This document shows, piece after piece, positions 28,045-36,798 of a stretch of 64,000 bases of DNA. The position numbers were made by a program, and so were the translations under genes. The stretch is from assembly GCA_038046765.1 (NCBI GenBank), contig JBBSVN010000005.1, positions 12,037 through 76,036 of the forward strand, read 5' to 3'. Position 1 is the first letter of the stretch, and each line of letters begins with the position of its first letter. The stretch comes from Candidatus Micrarchaeota archaeon (GTDB taxonomy: Archaea; Micrarchaeota; Micrarchaeia; Anstonellales; Bilamarchaeaceae). The notes below the pieces were generated by a model that worked only from the letters and a program-made list of their open reading frames with translations, was not told the DNA's origin and did not search any database.

Positions 28045-29379
28045 TTACTTTAACCGTTTTCCCATATCTTCAATGTCAAATAACAAGACGTCTTCTCCAA
28101 TACCTTCTTTATTCTTAAAAGACCTAGCAAATATCGCGAATTTCTCCTTTCTTACTTTGTTATTCCATTCAAAGTGTTTGGTTTTTTCTTTCAATAATTC
28201 TAAAATTGATTGTGCATTAACATCATCTTCCCATTTACATTCTATGAATAATGCCTCTTTTTCTTCTTCGTTTATTGCAATTAAATCTATTTCAACATCT
28301 TTGTGCCACCAGTTTCCTATCTTATCATAAGTAAATTGGTTTTCTTTTATCATCTTTACTAATAATTGCTTGCATATCTTTTCAAAAACAAAACCCATGT
28401 ATTGAGGATACTGTTTTTCAATATTTTTAGATGAAAAAATTCCCTCTTCAATAGAACTTAGATTCGGCTGGATAAATTTAAACCAGAAAGCAATAAACTG
28501 GTCTTTAATAAAATATCTTCCAAGTTTTGACTTTTCTCTTTCGGTTAATGGCACTCTTCTTTCAATAAATTCTGTTTCCAGAAGTTTTGATAAATAAAAA
28601 CTTACATCTGTTCTCTGAAGTTTAGCAAAATCCTTTATTTCACCTGTCGTTGCCTTGCCGTTTGCTATTGCTTCTAAAATTAACTTATAAGTTCCGACTT
28701 CTTCAAATTCGTATTTAATCATAAAATTCAGTTCATCTTTGACAAAAGTTGGGAACTTAAGTTCTTTATCAAGCCACTGCCAGAAGGGAGTTTTTATTTT
28801 TTCTAAATAATATGGCATTCCATCAGCAAAACCATAAATACAAGCTAGTTCAATAAAATCTGATTTTGGGAAAAATTCTGATAAATGGAAAAATTCTAGT
28901 GGAATTATTTTGGACGAAAAAGTTTTTCTTCCGTATAAAGGACTAGGTTCGCTTAGAACATAAGATGAAATAAGCGAGATTGAGGAACCAAGTACAAAGA
29001 ACTTTAAATTACTATTTTTAAGCGAAGTATCAACTATTCGCTGGAATATTGATAAGAGATTTTTATCTTCCTTAGCTAGATTTTGAAATTCATCTATTAC
29101 AAGTATGTCTATTTTATCTTTTAAAAAATCAATGATTACTTCCCAGTCTTCTTTGAAATTTTTAACTTCAGGAAAAGTTTGTGAAACCTTTGATACAAAA
29201 TAACGGATATTATCTTTTTCAACTGCAAGGTAGTATATATGTTTTTTCTCCCTTATGCATTCTAGTATTAATCTTGTTTTGCCTACTCTTCTTCTGCCAT
29301 AGAAAACGGCAAATTCAAAGCCTTTCTTAGTAATAAGGTTGTTTATCTGTGCCTTCTCTTTTTCTCTGTTTATGAACAT
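28045..29379 (-). CDS. archaeal ATPase family protein (AAA+ P-loop plus C-terminal DUF234-like domain)
   Basis: The Walker A context FAVFYGRRRVGKT, Walker B LVIDEFQ and the overall length and architecture are typical of the Arch_ATPase/DUF234 family. Confidence 0.7.
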   Translation of the reverse strand: MFINREKEKAQINNLITKKGFEFAVFYGRRRVGKTRLILECIREKKHIYYLAVEKDNIRYFVSKVSQTFPEVKNFKEDWEVIIDFLKDKIDILVIDEFQNLAKEDKNLLSIFQRIVDTSLKNSNLKFFVLGSSISLISSYVLSEPSPLYGRKTFSSKIIPLEFFHLSEFFPKSDFIELACIYGFADGMPYYLEKIKTPFWQWLDKELKFPTFVKDELNFMIKYEFEEVGTYKLILEAIANGKATTGEIKDFAKLQRTDVSFYLSKLLETEFIERRVPLTEREKSKLGRYFIKDQFIAFWFKFIQPNLSSIEEGIFSSKNIEKQYPQYMGFVFEKICKQLLVKMIKENQFTYDKIGNWWHKDVEIDLIAINEEEKEALFIECKWEDDVNAQSILELLKEKTKHFEWNNKVRKEKFAIFARSFKNKEGIGEDVLLFDIEDMGKRLK

Positions 29380-29392
29380 AAGACCTACCTTT

Positions 29393-29418
29393 ATATGTAT
29401 ATTTTAGAATATACATAT
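29393..29418. promoter_or_regulatory. perfect 11-bp-arm palindrome just upstream of the ATPase start
   Basis: atatgtatatt-ttag-aatatacatat lies 14 nt upstream of the minus-strand ATG at 29379. A direct repeat ttgtatagtt (29463 and 29478) flanking ttcgaa lies in the same divergent intergenic region. Confidence 0.3.
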
Positions 29419-29556
29419 TTATAAATCTATTCATAGACTACTTCTTTTTAATCAGTCTCTTTTTGTATAGTTCGAACTTGTATAGTTTAAAATATACATA
29501 ATTAAACCACCCCCATAAAACATACATTTTTAAACACTTATAAGCAGAATTTAGAT

Positions 29557-31197
29557 ATGACAGATCGACTTAAAACTAAAGATCGCATCAAAGACCGAGT
29601 GGACAAAATACTTCAAGATGCAAAAAGATCGGCTACTCCTGCTCGAGGCGTAACTGCAATGGTTCCATTTGGTACTAGAGATCAGTCTTTATCTTCACCT
29701 GTTTCTGGTCTAGAAATCGAAGTAACGCATGTTGCAGATATGGTAAGAGAACCCGAAGGGTGTTCTTTAGGTAAGGTTACAATTGGAATAGAAGGGGGAC
29801 AAAGAACTTATAATTTACTAAAAATATTAACAAGTTCTGCAAGTCTAAGAGAAACCCCAGATAAACCAATAACTTATTTAGCAGAATGCTTAGAGACTGG
29901 AGAAAAGGTCGTAGTAAAAAAAGCTCCAATGACTTTTCAGAATCTTAAATTAGAGGAAAGAGGTTATAAAGTTTTAAAGGAAATTGATAATCCTCATGTT
30001 GTAAAAGTATTGATTGATGATGCAAAAGAAGGTTTTTATTATCAAGTTATGCAACTAGTTAGCGGAAATAATTTAAGACAATTCTTAGAAACTGATCAGC
30101 TTACGTTAAATCAGGTAATTGGTTTAGCAAAGCAGATTTCAAAGGGGCTTACTGCAGTCCATGATGTAGGCGCAGTACATAGAGATATTCACCCTGGCAA
30201 TGTAATGATTTATCTAGAAGATGGAAAACTACACGTTGTAATTGTGGATTTTGGTCTTTCATATAAGACAAATGGAAGCACACATCATAGCACTGTTATG
30301 CGTGCTCCTTTTACACCAAATTATACCGCACCTGAATTGCTTGAGATGGGAGAAGCGACAGTGAGAAGCGATGTTTATTCTTTTGGAGCAGTACTTTCTT
30401 GGATATTTACTGGAATTGAAGGTAGTTTAATAAAAAAGAAAATTGCAGATAAAGAAGAAATTAATTTTAGAGTAAATTGTACTTATGCGCAAAAAGAAAG
30501 AATTTTATTAATAATACAGAAAGCACTTCATAGCGATGCAAGTAGAAGGTATGAAAGTTCAGAAGAAATATTGCTGGATTTAAATAACTTAAAACCTTCT
30601 GTTACTAATTCAAGCGAAGTTCCAATTATAAAAACAAAAAGAAGATCATTTTTTTCAGAAGTTGTAAGAGGAACCGCAGCGCTTTTACTAGTCTTCGCGG
30701 GGGTAAATTTTTTAGATAAAGTTACCCCACCAGATTTTATAAGAAGAACTGGTGAAGTGGTTGCTTCAAAAATTGATAATTTAGCTAATACGGAAGAAAA
30801 TAAGAAAATGACAGATGATGAAAGACAAGAAATTTTACTTGAAGCAATAGTTGCTGGAGACATAAAAAAATTACGCCAAAATCTTGCTTTTATCCAAGAT
30901 ATTAATCAGCCGCTGTTACACGCGGATTATGGCTCCAAATTAATGATTCCAATTTCTTTATTTGATTATGCTCTAACTGGGGCACCTATTGAAAAGAGAT
31001 TAGAAATACTAGAAATTCTTCTAGCTCATGGAGCAAATCCAGATTTAAAGGACTCATTTCACACAAATATTCTAACTTTATTCCGCAAACAAATTGAAGT
31101 TTTAAGGTCTCAAGAAGGCAATCTCAAAACTTCGCAAGAAATAAAATACATAAAAGCTATAATCGTCTTCCTTAAAAAATACGGGGCTAAAGAATAA
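29557..31197 (+). CDS. Hanks-type Ser/Thr protein kinase, then one TM segment, then a C-terminal ankyrin-like repeat domain
   Basis: KVVVKKA (VAIK-like), HRDIHPGNVM, VDFGLS and TPNYTAPE. The TM segment is GTAALLLVFAGVNFL. The C-terminus has LLEAIVAGDIKKLR...ILLAHGANPDLKD (ANK-like). Confidence 0.8.
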   Translation: MTDRLKTKDRIKDRVDKILQDAKRSATPARGVTAMVPFGTRDQSLSSPVSGLEIEVTHVADMVREPEGCSLGKVTIGIEGGQRTYNLLKILTSSASLRETPDKPITYLAECLETGEKVVVKKAPMTFQNLKLEERGYKVLKEIDNPHVVKVLIDDAKEGFYYQVMQLVSGNNLRQFLETDQLTLNQVIGLAKQISKGLTAVHDVGAVHRDIHPGNVMIYLEDGKLHVVIVDFGLSYKTNGSTHHSTVMRAPFTPNYTAPELLEMGEATVRSDVYSFGAVLSWIFTGIEGSLIKKKIADKEEINFRVNCTYAQKERILLIIQKALHSDASRRYESSEEILLDLNNLKPSVTNSSEVPIIKTKRRSFFSEVVRGTAALLLVFAGVNFLDKVTPPDFIRRTGEVVASKIDNLANTEENKKMTDDERQEILLEAIVAGDIKKLRQNLAFIQDINQPLLHADYGSKLMIPISLFDYALTGAPIEKRLEILEILLAHGANPDLKDSFHTNILTLFRKQIEVLRSQEGNLKTSQEIKYIKAIIVFLKKYGAKE

Positions 31198-31215
31198 AAA
31201 ATTAAAATAAAAAAT

Positions 31216-33093
31216 TTAATTAAATATCGGCCTTCTACTTAATTCCGTTTCAAGCGAAAGTTTTTCAAATGGCTTTCCAGTTGTGTGCTTGTGAATTTCA
31301 CTAACTAGTTCTTCAACAGCGTATTCTTTCTTTTCGCCAGTTGCCCTGACAGTTACAGCCAATTTACCTGATTCGATTTCCTTATCTCCAATAACTGCAA
31401 TGTACGGGCTCCATTCCTTTTCTGCATCACGAATCTTTTTACCTAAAGTTTCGCTTCGGTCATCGCAATCAACACGAACACGTTGCAACTTTAAATCATT
31501 GGTTAGTTTCATCGCGTAATCCTTATGTTTATCGCTAACAGGAATAATTCTAAGTTGCGTTGGAGACAACCAAAGAGGGAACATTGCTTTTCTTCCCTGT
31601 TTCATTTCCATTGCCTGTTTTTCTAAAAGTGCATAAACAACTCTTTCAACAGCACCAGGAATTGAAGTGTGCAATATTGGACCTCTTTTCTTTTCTCCCT
31701 TTTCATCAATGTAATTCACATCAAATCGTTCGCAGTTTTCAACATCGATTTGTACTGTGCTCATACCGCTAGCTTTACCAGCGTTATCGATAAAGTTCAT
31801 TTCAAATTTAGTTATGAAATATGCATATCTTTCTTGATAAAGTTCGATTAACATTGGCCGGTTTCTTTTTTTGAGCATTGCCATGTACCAATCCTTATTT
31901 TCATTAAAGAAATCAGTTTGTGCCCTGAATGCTAGTTCGTAATCAAGTCCAAGATCCTCATTCCATGCTCTACATAATTCGTATTGATTAGAAAATTCTA
32001 ATTTTGCCTGGTCTAAATCAGCGCAAAGTGTGTGCATATCTGGCATGCTAAATGCTCGCAATCTTTTAAGTCCAGCGAGTTCGCCACCTTGTTCGCGTCT
32101 AAATGAATAGTGGGTTAATTCATAAATCCTAAAAGGTAGATTTTTGTAGGTAATTACTGCGTCATGTGCGCAGAGGAACTGACCGAAACAGGCACTAAAT
32201 CTCAAGAAAAACTGCTTGTTATCGCTCTTTAAAGTATATTGACGTGCTGGGAATCGGTTCAAATAACTCTTTAGCGCAGGGTGTTCAAAGTCATACATTA
32301 TAGGGGTTTCAACTTGATGCGCTCCGTAATCAACTGAAATATCAGTTACGTGCTTTTCGATTAGTCTTTTTATTAAAAGTCCTTTTGGAAGCCATCTGAA
32401 ATTACCCGAATCGCTTGCTGGTTCATAATTAACTAATGAATGTTCTTTCATTAATTTGATGTGTGGGGGTTCCTCCGAATATGCCCGGACTTTTTTTACT
32501 TCATAATCAACAAATTTCTTTAGGTTTGGATACTTTGCGTAATTGAATTTTTCCGGCTCAATCAAAGACCCGTCAACATCTAAGACATAAACATTGGTTT
32601 TCATTTCTGATTCTTGCTTTAAGCTGCTTGAAACTACTTCAGTTTCTTCTTTTATTTTTCCAACATCTCCGTTAGCGCTTAATTCTCTAGAGAGTTCGCT
32701 TAATGGGTGTCCTTTAGTTTTTATTGAATAAGCTTTGTACCAGCCAAAAGGTGCATGATCGCAAGTATATCCTTCTTTTTTTATTTTTTCTTCTGCTTTT
32801 TGCAATACCTTTAGTGCTACTCGTGGGGCAGATGGCTTAGAAGTTAAATGAACAAAAGGATAAAGTAAAATATTCTTTGTTTTTATTTGGTTTGCAACTG
32901 CTATGCTTTCTTTAGTTAGTAAATCTGAAACCGCTTCGACATCCTCATCTCCTTTTTCAATCGAAGTAAAAATTACCAGTACTTCTTCAGCACGCATTTT
33001 CTTTTTAGATTCATCAATTACTTCTGCGTCTTCAATTGCTTTAGTTCTTGCTTCAATTTCAATATAATCCGAATGTATTGCTAAAATTCTCAT
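31216..33093 (-). CDS. thrS: threonyl-tRNA synthetase, archaeal type with an N-terminal editing domain
   Basis: MRILAIHSDYIEIEA is the hallmark of the archaeal ThrRS editing domain. The class II core has FRREQGGELAGLKRLRAFSMPDMH, followed by a C-terminal anticodon-binding domain. Confidence 0.9.
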   Translation of the reverse strand: MRILAIHSDYIEIEARTKAIEDAEVIDESKKKMRAEEVLVIFTSIEKGDEDVEAVSDLLTKESIAVANQIKTKNILLYPFVHLTSKPSAPRVALKVLQKAEEKIKKEGYTCDHAPFGWYKAYSIKTKGHPLSELSRELSANGDVGKIKEETEVVSSSLKQESEMKTNVYVLDVDGSLIEPEKFNYAKYPNLKKFVDYEVKKVRAYSEEPPHIKLMKEHSLVNYEPASDSGNFRWLPKGLLIKRLIEKHVTDISVDYGAHQVETPIMYDFEHPALKSYLNRFPARQYTLKSDNKQFFLRFSACFGQFLCAHDAVITYKNLPFRIYELTHYSFRREQGGELAGLKRLRAFSMPDMHTLCADLDQAKLEFSNQYELCRAWNEDLGLDYELAFRAQTDFFNENKDWYMAMLKKRNRPMLIELYQERYAYFITKFEMNFIDNAGKASGMSTVQIDVENCERFDVNYIDEKGEKKRGPILHTSIPGAVERVVYALLEKQAMEMKQGRKAMFPLWLSPTQLRIIPVSDKHKDYAMKLTNDLKLQRVRVDCDDRSETLGKKIRDAEKEWSPYIAVIGDKEIESGKLAVTVRATGEKKEYAVEELVSEIHKHTTGKPFEKLSLETELSRRPIFN

Positions 33094-33278
33094 AGTATTG
33101 ACACCCTATAAACTAGCTCACTTATACAAAAGCGGCCCTTCTTACTACATACTGGTAGGACGCAGCACAAATGATTCCTTATCTCGTGATCAGGATTGCC
33201 GATCACGATCTGTCCAAAACATTCTGTTTTGTACATGGCTGCGTCAGTAATAAACGTTAGCTACTAATGGTATTAATA

Positions 33279-33495
33279 TTATATCAAAATATCTAAAAAC
33301 TGCTCTTTTTGTAGATTTCTCCAGACTGTCATTCTTGAAACGTTTAAGATTTGTGCAATGTTTCTGATTGTCTTTCTTTCTTTGTAGTACAAGTCGCTAA
33401 CAAATTTACTTTGTTCATCGTTTAGTACGCTTTTTCTCCCTACTCTATTTAGTTTAAGGTTGTGTTTCTAAACACCCTGCAGATTGTTTTTCCAT
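33279..33495 (-). CDS. small HTH protein encoded in two frames (13-codon ATG ORF, then a 58-codon HTH segment in the +1 frame); recoded gene or pseudogene
   Basis: TTGAGGTGAAA lies 4 nt upstream of ATG 33495, which opens MEKQSAGCLETQP followed by TAA (33456-33454). The +1 frame continues KLNRVGRKSVLNDEQSKFVSDLYYKERKTIRNIAQILNVSRMTVWRNLQKEQFLDILI, with no ATG/GTG/TTG start of its own. A paralog at 55019 has the same layout. Confidence 0.4.
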
Positions 33496-33706
33496 AACTT
33501 TCACCTCAAGGTTTTCATTCTAGCTAAAGCTAAATCCTTAAGGAAAAGAAATTTTGAAAAAAAGTTATTTATTTTCTTATTAAGGATTTAGTCAAAACTA
33601 GGTAATTAGCATGTAGTTGTTTCTGTAACTAAATCCATTCTTATCATTTGTATCAATTTCATTTGGTTTTAATTTATTTATAAAGGTTTGTCACGAATTA
33701 AATCTT

Positions 33707-34741
33707 CTATTGGAGCAAATTCGACCATTCACTTTGATTGATGAAAAGTAAATCGTGCATTTCTTTGAATTTTCCCTGTTCAAAAGCACACTGCGCAGCT
33801 TCTGCAGCTATTTGGGCATTTGGGTCGATATTTGTTAATGGAAAATCCCTATAAATTATTTGCACTTGTCCTGTGTCAACATAATTCGAGACTATCATTC
33901 TATAGGCTCCTGTATAAAATCTGCTACAAAAAGGAGACTGGAAATCGCAGAATTCTATAATTAATATGGGTGCGTTGTAGCTTCCGATATATGGGTCATC
34001 ATCAACAAATGAACTTGTTTTGATATTAGAATTTACCTTGTTATTTGCCAATTCAGCTTCAATTGCAGCTTGGAATGCAGAATATGGTTGGGCACCGACT
34101 AATGTTTGTGGAGTCCCATCTCTTCTTCCTATCATAAATGAAGGTACACCTTGTATACCTAATGCTAAACCATCTGAAAAGTCTTTTTGTATTTCATTAC
34201 TGTATTTTGAAGTATCTAAACAAATATTGAATTTTTGTGTGTCTAAACCGATGCTGGAAGCGTATTGTTTTAGTTTGGATTTTACGATATTTGCTGGTGG
34301 GGTATTTGGGATTATAGTTGGTGTATTTGGAGCTACAGTTACGTTAGTTTGATTTGCAATTTTTATCTCTTCTTTTTGTTTTTCAGTTTTGTTTGGTATC
34401 TTATTCTTGACAACTGTACACAACACTTTTTCAGAACTTTCATCAATTAATGTTAAAGCATCTACATCTTTGGAAATCATTGTAATCTTATAATAAGCTT
34501 TTATTTCAAATGCTCTGCCACAATCTTTCTTGAAATTCTCAATTTCATTACTAAAAGATGTTTCATCCAGATATGTTACTGTTATGGTCGAATTTGGATA
34601 ATTTTCTAAGAATTGTTTTATTTGGGGTTGATTCTTTGCTATTTCTTGATATGCTGCTGCTTTGTTTGACCCAACGCATCCTCCAATTAAAATAAAAATT
34701 CCGATTATAAGAATAAATAAATTTTTCATAGTGTAGACCAT
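33707..34741 (-). CDS. secreted or lipid-anchored DsbA-like thioredoxin-fold protein with permuted segment order
   Basis: The lipobox-like LIGGC comes first. The segment normally C-terminal in DsbA (LDTQKFNICLD...LGIQGVPSFMIG...GAQPYSAFQAAIEAEL) precedes the normally N-terminal segment (APILIIEFCDFQSPFCSRF...IYRDFPL...AAEAAQCAFEQGKFKEMHDLLF). Confidence 0.6.
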   Translation of the reverse strand: MVYTMKNLFILIIGIFILIGGCVGSNKAAAYQEIAKNQPQIKQFLENYPNSTITVTYLDETSFSNEIENFKKDCGRAFEIKAYYKITMISKDVDALTLIDESSEKVLCTVVKNKIPNKTEKQKEEIKIANQTNVTVAPNTPTIIPNTPPANIVKSKLKQYASSIGLDTQKFNICLDTSKYSNEIQKDFSDGLALGIQGVPSFMIGRRDGTPQTLVGAQPYSAFQAAIEAELANNKVNSNIKTSSFVDDDPYIGSYNAPILIIEFCDFQSPFCSRFYTGAYRMIVSNYVDTGQVQIIYRDFPLTNIDPNAQIAAEAAQCAFEQGKFKEMHDLLFINQSEWSNLLQ

Positions 34742-34826
34742 TAATACTTAGTTTCCTAAGTATATACTATTAATACTAAAATTTAAATTATAATCGTTCA
34801 TGGAAACAAAAAGAGAAGTTTTGACT

Positions 34827-34994
34827 ATGAATGTCAAAAAAATTGTACCTTGGGCAACAGGCCTTGCCTTATTTGTTACTAAAGAAGCAAAAGCACTAAG
34901 CTGGACAGATAAGGATCAAGTCATAATAACTGCATTTAGGGATGAAACTGGGGAAGGAATAGAAATTAGACGAGCACCAATAAAAAGGAAATAA
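34827..34994 (+). CDS. small AbrB/MazE-fold-like protein (tentative)
   Basis: MNVKKIVPWATGLALFVTKEAKALSWTDKDQVIITAF... has a swapped-hairpin-like pattern. The start is taken at the internal ATG. Confidence 0.3.
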   Translation: MNVKKIVPWATGLALFVTKEAKALSWTDKDQVIITAFRDETGEGIEIRRAPIKRK

Positions 34995-35134
34995 TTTGTA
35001 TTTTTGCAATTTTCTATAAAAATGTTCAAAAAGGATACTTTTATAAATTTATGAATTTATATTATATTTGTGGTTGTAAGTCCTCTGAAAGCTATGAGGC
35101 CTCCGTGAGTGAGGGTGGGAGCAAGTAAGTTGGG

Positions 35135-35758
35135 TTACCACATTTTATTAATTATTTTTATCTTATTCTTGATTAAATCGTAATACTGCGTATTTTTATG
35201 TTCTAACTTATGAAAAAGTGCACCGCAGAAAAAATCAACTGCCTGAAGACTGCATTCTTCATCTGATTTTTTATGGTCAATGCAAAGATTTTCTTTTAGT
35301 TTAAGAGGAGTACGAAACTGCATGATATAATCATCAAAAGAGTTTCTTGCTGATTTGTAAAGTGATCTATCAAGAACTATATGCACTTTAGTTGTGTGAT
35401 TTGTTCCCTCTGTTAATAATACGTGCTCAATTAATCTACCGACAATAAAATTGTAAAGTATTGGCGGTGTTTCTTTTAGATTACTGTTTTTGGTATTCTG
35501 TTTGTCTATAAAATAAGCATAAAATGAAACTTCTGTTCTTGCTAATTGTTCCAATATGAAAGTTCGCATATCTTCGTCAGTTTTAGAAAACTTGAATTCT
35601 GGAATATCACTAAGTTTTTTCTTTAGTTTGTTTCTTGCTTTTTTAAATATTTTTTGCATTTCTTTTGGTTCATTTAAAGTTAACGCACCGACTATAAAAT
35701 GTTTTGTCGAGTTTTGTGAAAAACCGAGGTCTCCTGACTCATCTATGAATATAAACAT
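35135..35758 (-). CDS. DUF3800 family protein
   Basis: The N-terminus MFIFIDESGDLGF and the central and C-terminal acidic and His motifs are typical of DUF3800. Confidence 0.65.
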   Translation of the reverse strand: MFIFIDESGDLGFSQNSTKHFIVGALTLNEPKEMQKIFKKARNKLKKKLSDIPEFKFSKTDEDMRTFILEQLARTEVSFYAYFIDKQNTKNSNLKETPPILYNFIVGRLIEHVLLTEGTNHTTKVHIVLDRSLYKSARNSFDDYIMQFRTPLKLKENLCIDHKKSDEECSLQAVDFFCGALFHKLEHKNTQYYDLIKNKIKIINKMW

Positions 35759-35799
35759 CGTACTCGTGCGCTCTTATTTTAGTATTTCTATTATCATCT

Positions 35800-36798
35800 C
35801 TAGAACAATAAAATTACAATAACCCCAAACACAACTTCCAAACTAATAAAGAACATCGAAAGGTCTTTCTCGCTAATCCCGTTAAATGTTTTCATAACTA
35901 GCTGTGCAAATCCCCGAACTTTTCCGCCATATGGGTAAAGCTTGCCGTTTTTATATTCGCCCCACCATTCACGACTTGGAAACTTGTTCATTGCTTTAAT
36001 TAAGAAATCTACTGCATAAGGGATCATGAGTATTACTCCTGCCGTTTCAAAGTTTCCTATAATTACTCCAGCTGCTAAAACTGCACCGATTGTTAAATTT
36101 CCAACATCTCCCGGGAATACTTTTGAGGGATATTTACTATATATAAAGAATCCAATTAGTGCGCCTAGCATAGATAAAAACAAAACAAGCATTTCGCTTG
36201 AACCCTTTTTAAGTGCTAAAATTGACATCGTTGCAAAAATAATTATTCCCATACCCGCTTCCATTCCGTTAAAACCAGCTAGCATGTTTGTTAAATTTGA
36301 CGCTACAGCCATTCCGATAGGGACTAAAAGAAAAAGGTAAATCATCCCTAAATCAATCGAACCTAAAAACGGAATAGTTACTGCGGTGCTTCCTGCTGCA
36401 ACTGCTATTAATGGAACTGCGGCAAAAAGAGGTAAAAATGCCTTAAGCCATTGCGGGACATCTAATAAATCATCAACCATTCCGATAAACGCGATACTGT
36501 GGATTGTAATAAGCGCGGCTAAAACTTCGATCAAATTAAGTTTAAACCCTAAAAATGAATTAAGAAAAACAGCTAATAAAACTCCTCCTGTAAATCCTGC
36601 GACTATTGCGATTCCGCCCATTTCTGCTACTTCTGGCATGTCTGGTTTGTTTATATCTTTGCCAGTCATCTTAAATCGCTTTAACCTTGGAATTAACAAA
36701 TAAGTAAATACGTAAGTAACCAGAAATGAAATTACTATAATTCCAAGCGAGCCTAATCCAACCATAAACTTAACCTTTGATCTCATTTTTTCTTGCAT
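35800..36798 (-). CDS. GT4-family polyprenyl-phosphate N-acetylhexosamine-1-phosphate transferase (AglH/GPT/WecA-like)
   Basis: Polytopic membrane protein with KDINKPDMPEVAEMGG, GMVDDLLDV and FPGDVGN motifs. Confidence 0.8.
   Translation of the reverse strand: MQEKMRSKVKFMVGLGSLGIIVISFLVTYVFTYLLIPRLKRFKMTGKDINKPDMPEVAEMGGIAIVAGFTGGVLLAVFLNSFLGFKLNLIEVLAALITIHSIAFIGMVDDLLDVPQWLKAFLPLFAAVPLIAVAAGSTAVTIPFLGSIDLGMIYLFLLVPIGMAVASNLTNMLAGFNGMEAGMGIIIFATMSILALKKGSSEMLVLFLSMLGALIGFFIYSKYPSKVFPGDVGNLTIGAVLAAGVIIGNFETAGVILMIPYAVDFLIKAMNKFPSREWWGEYKNGKLYPYGGKVRGFAQLVMKTFNGISEKDLSMFFISLEVVFGVIVILLF

Noticed and set aside
33159-33245. The cloverleaf-like thrS-upstream structure as a fourth intron-containing tRNA
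   Set aside because: It has no T-loop (TTCRANY) or D-loop GG signature and no anticodon-loop geometry on either strand.
33454-33470. In-frame TAG read as pyrrolysine, or stop-codon reassignment, to explain the start-less HTH ORFs
   Set aside because: In both copies the HTH frame hits further stops (TGA or TAA) a few codons upstream of the TAG, with no start codon between. TAG, TAA and TGA all terminate well-supported genes in this window.
35069-35142. The GC-rich element as a reduced SRP RNA (GGGAGCAAG resembles the helix-8 AGCA region) or an H/ACA sRNA (terminal ACCACA)
   Set aside because: It is too short and lacks the paired GGAA/GNAR helix-8 features. The ACA would lie inside the closing helix and inside the DUF3800 coding end. 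No K-turn is evident.
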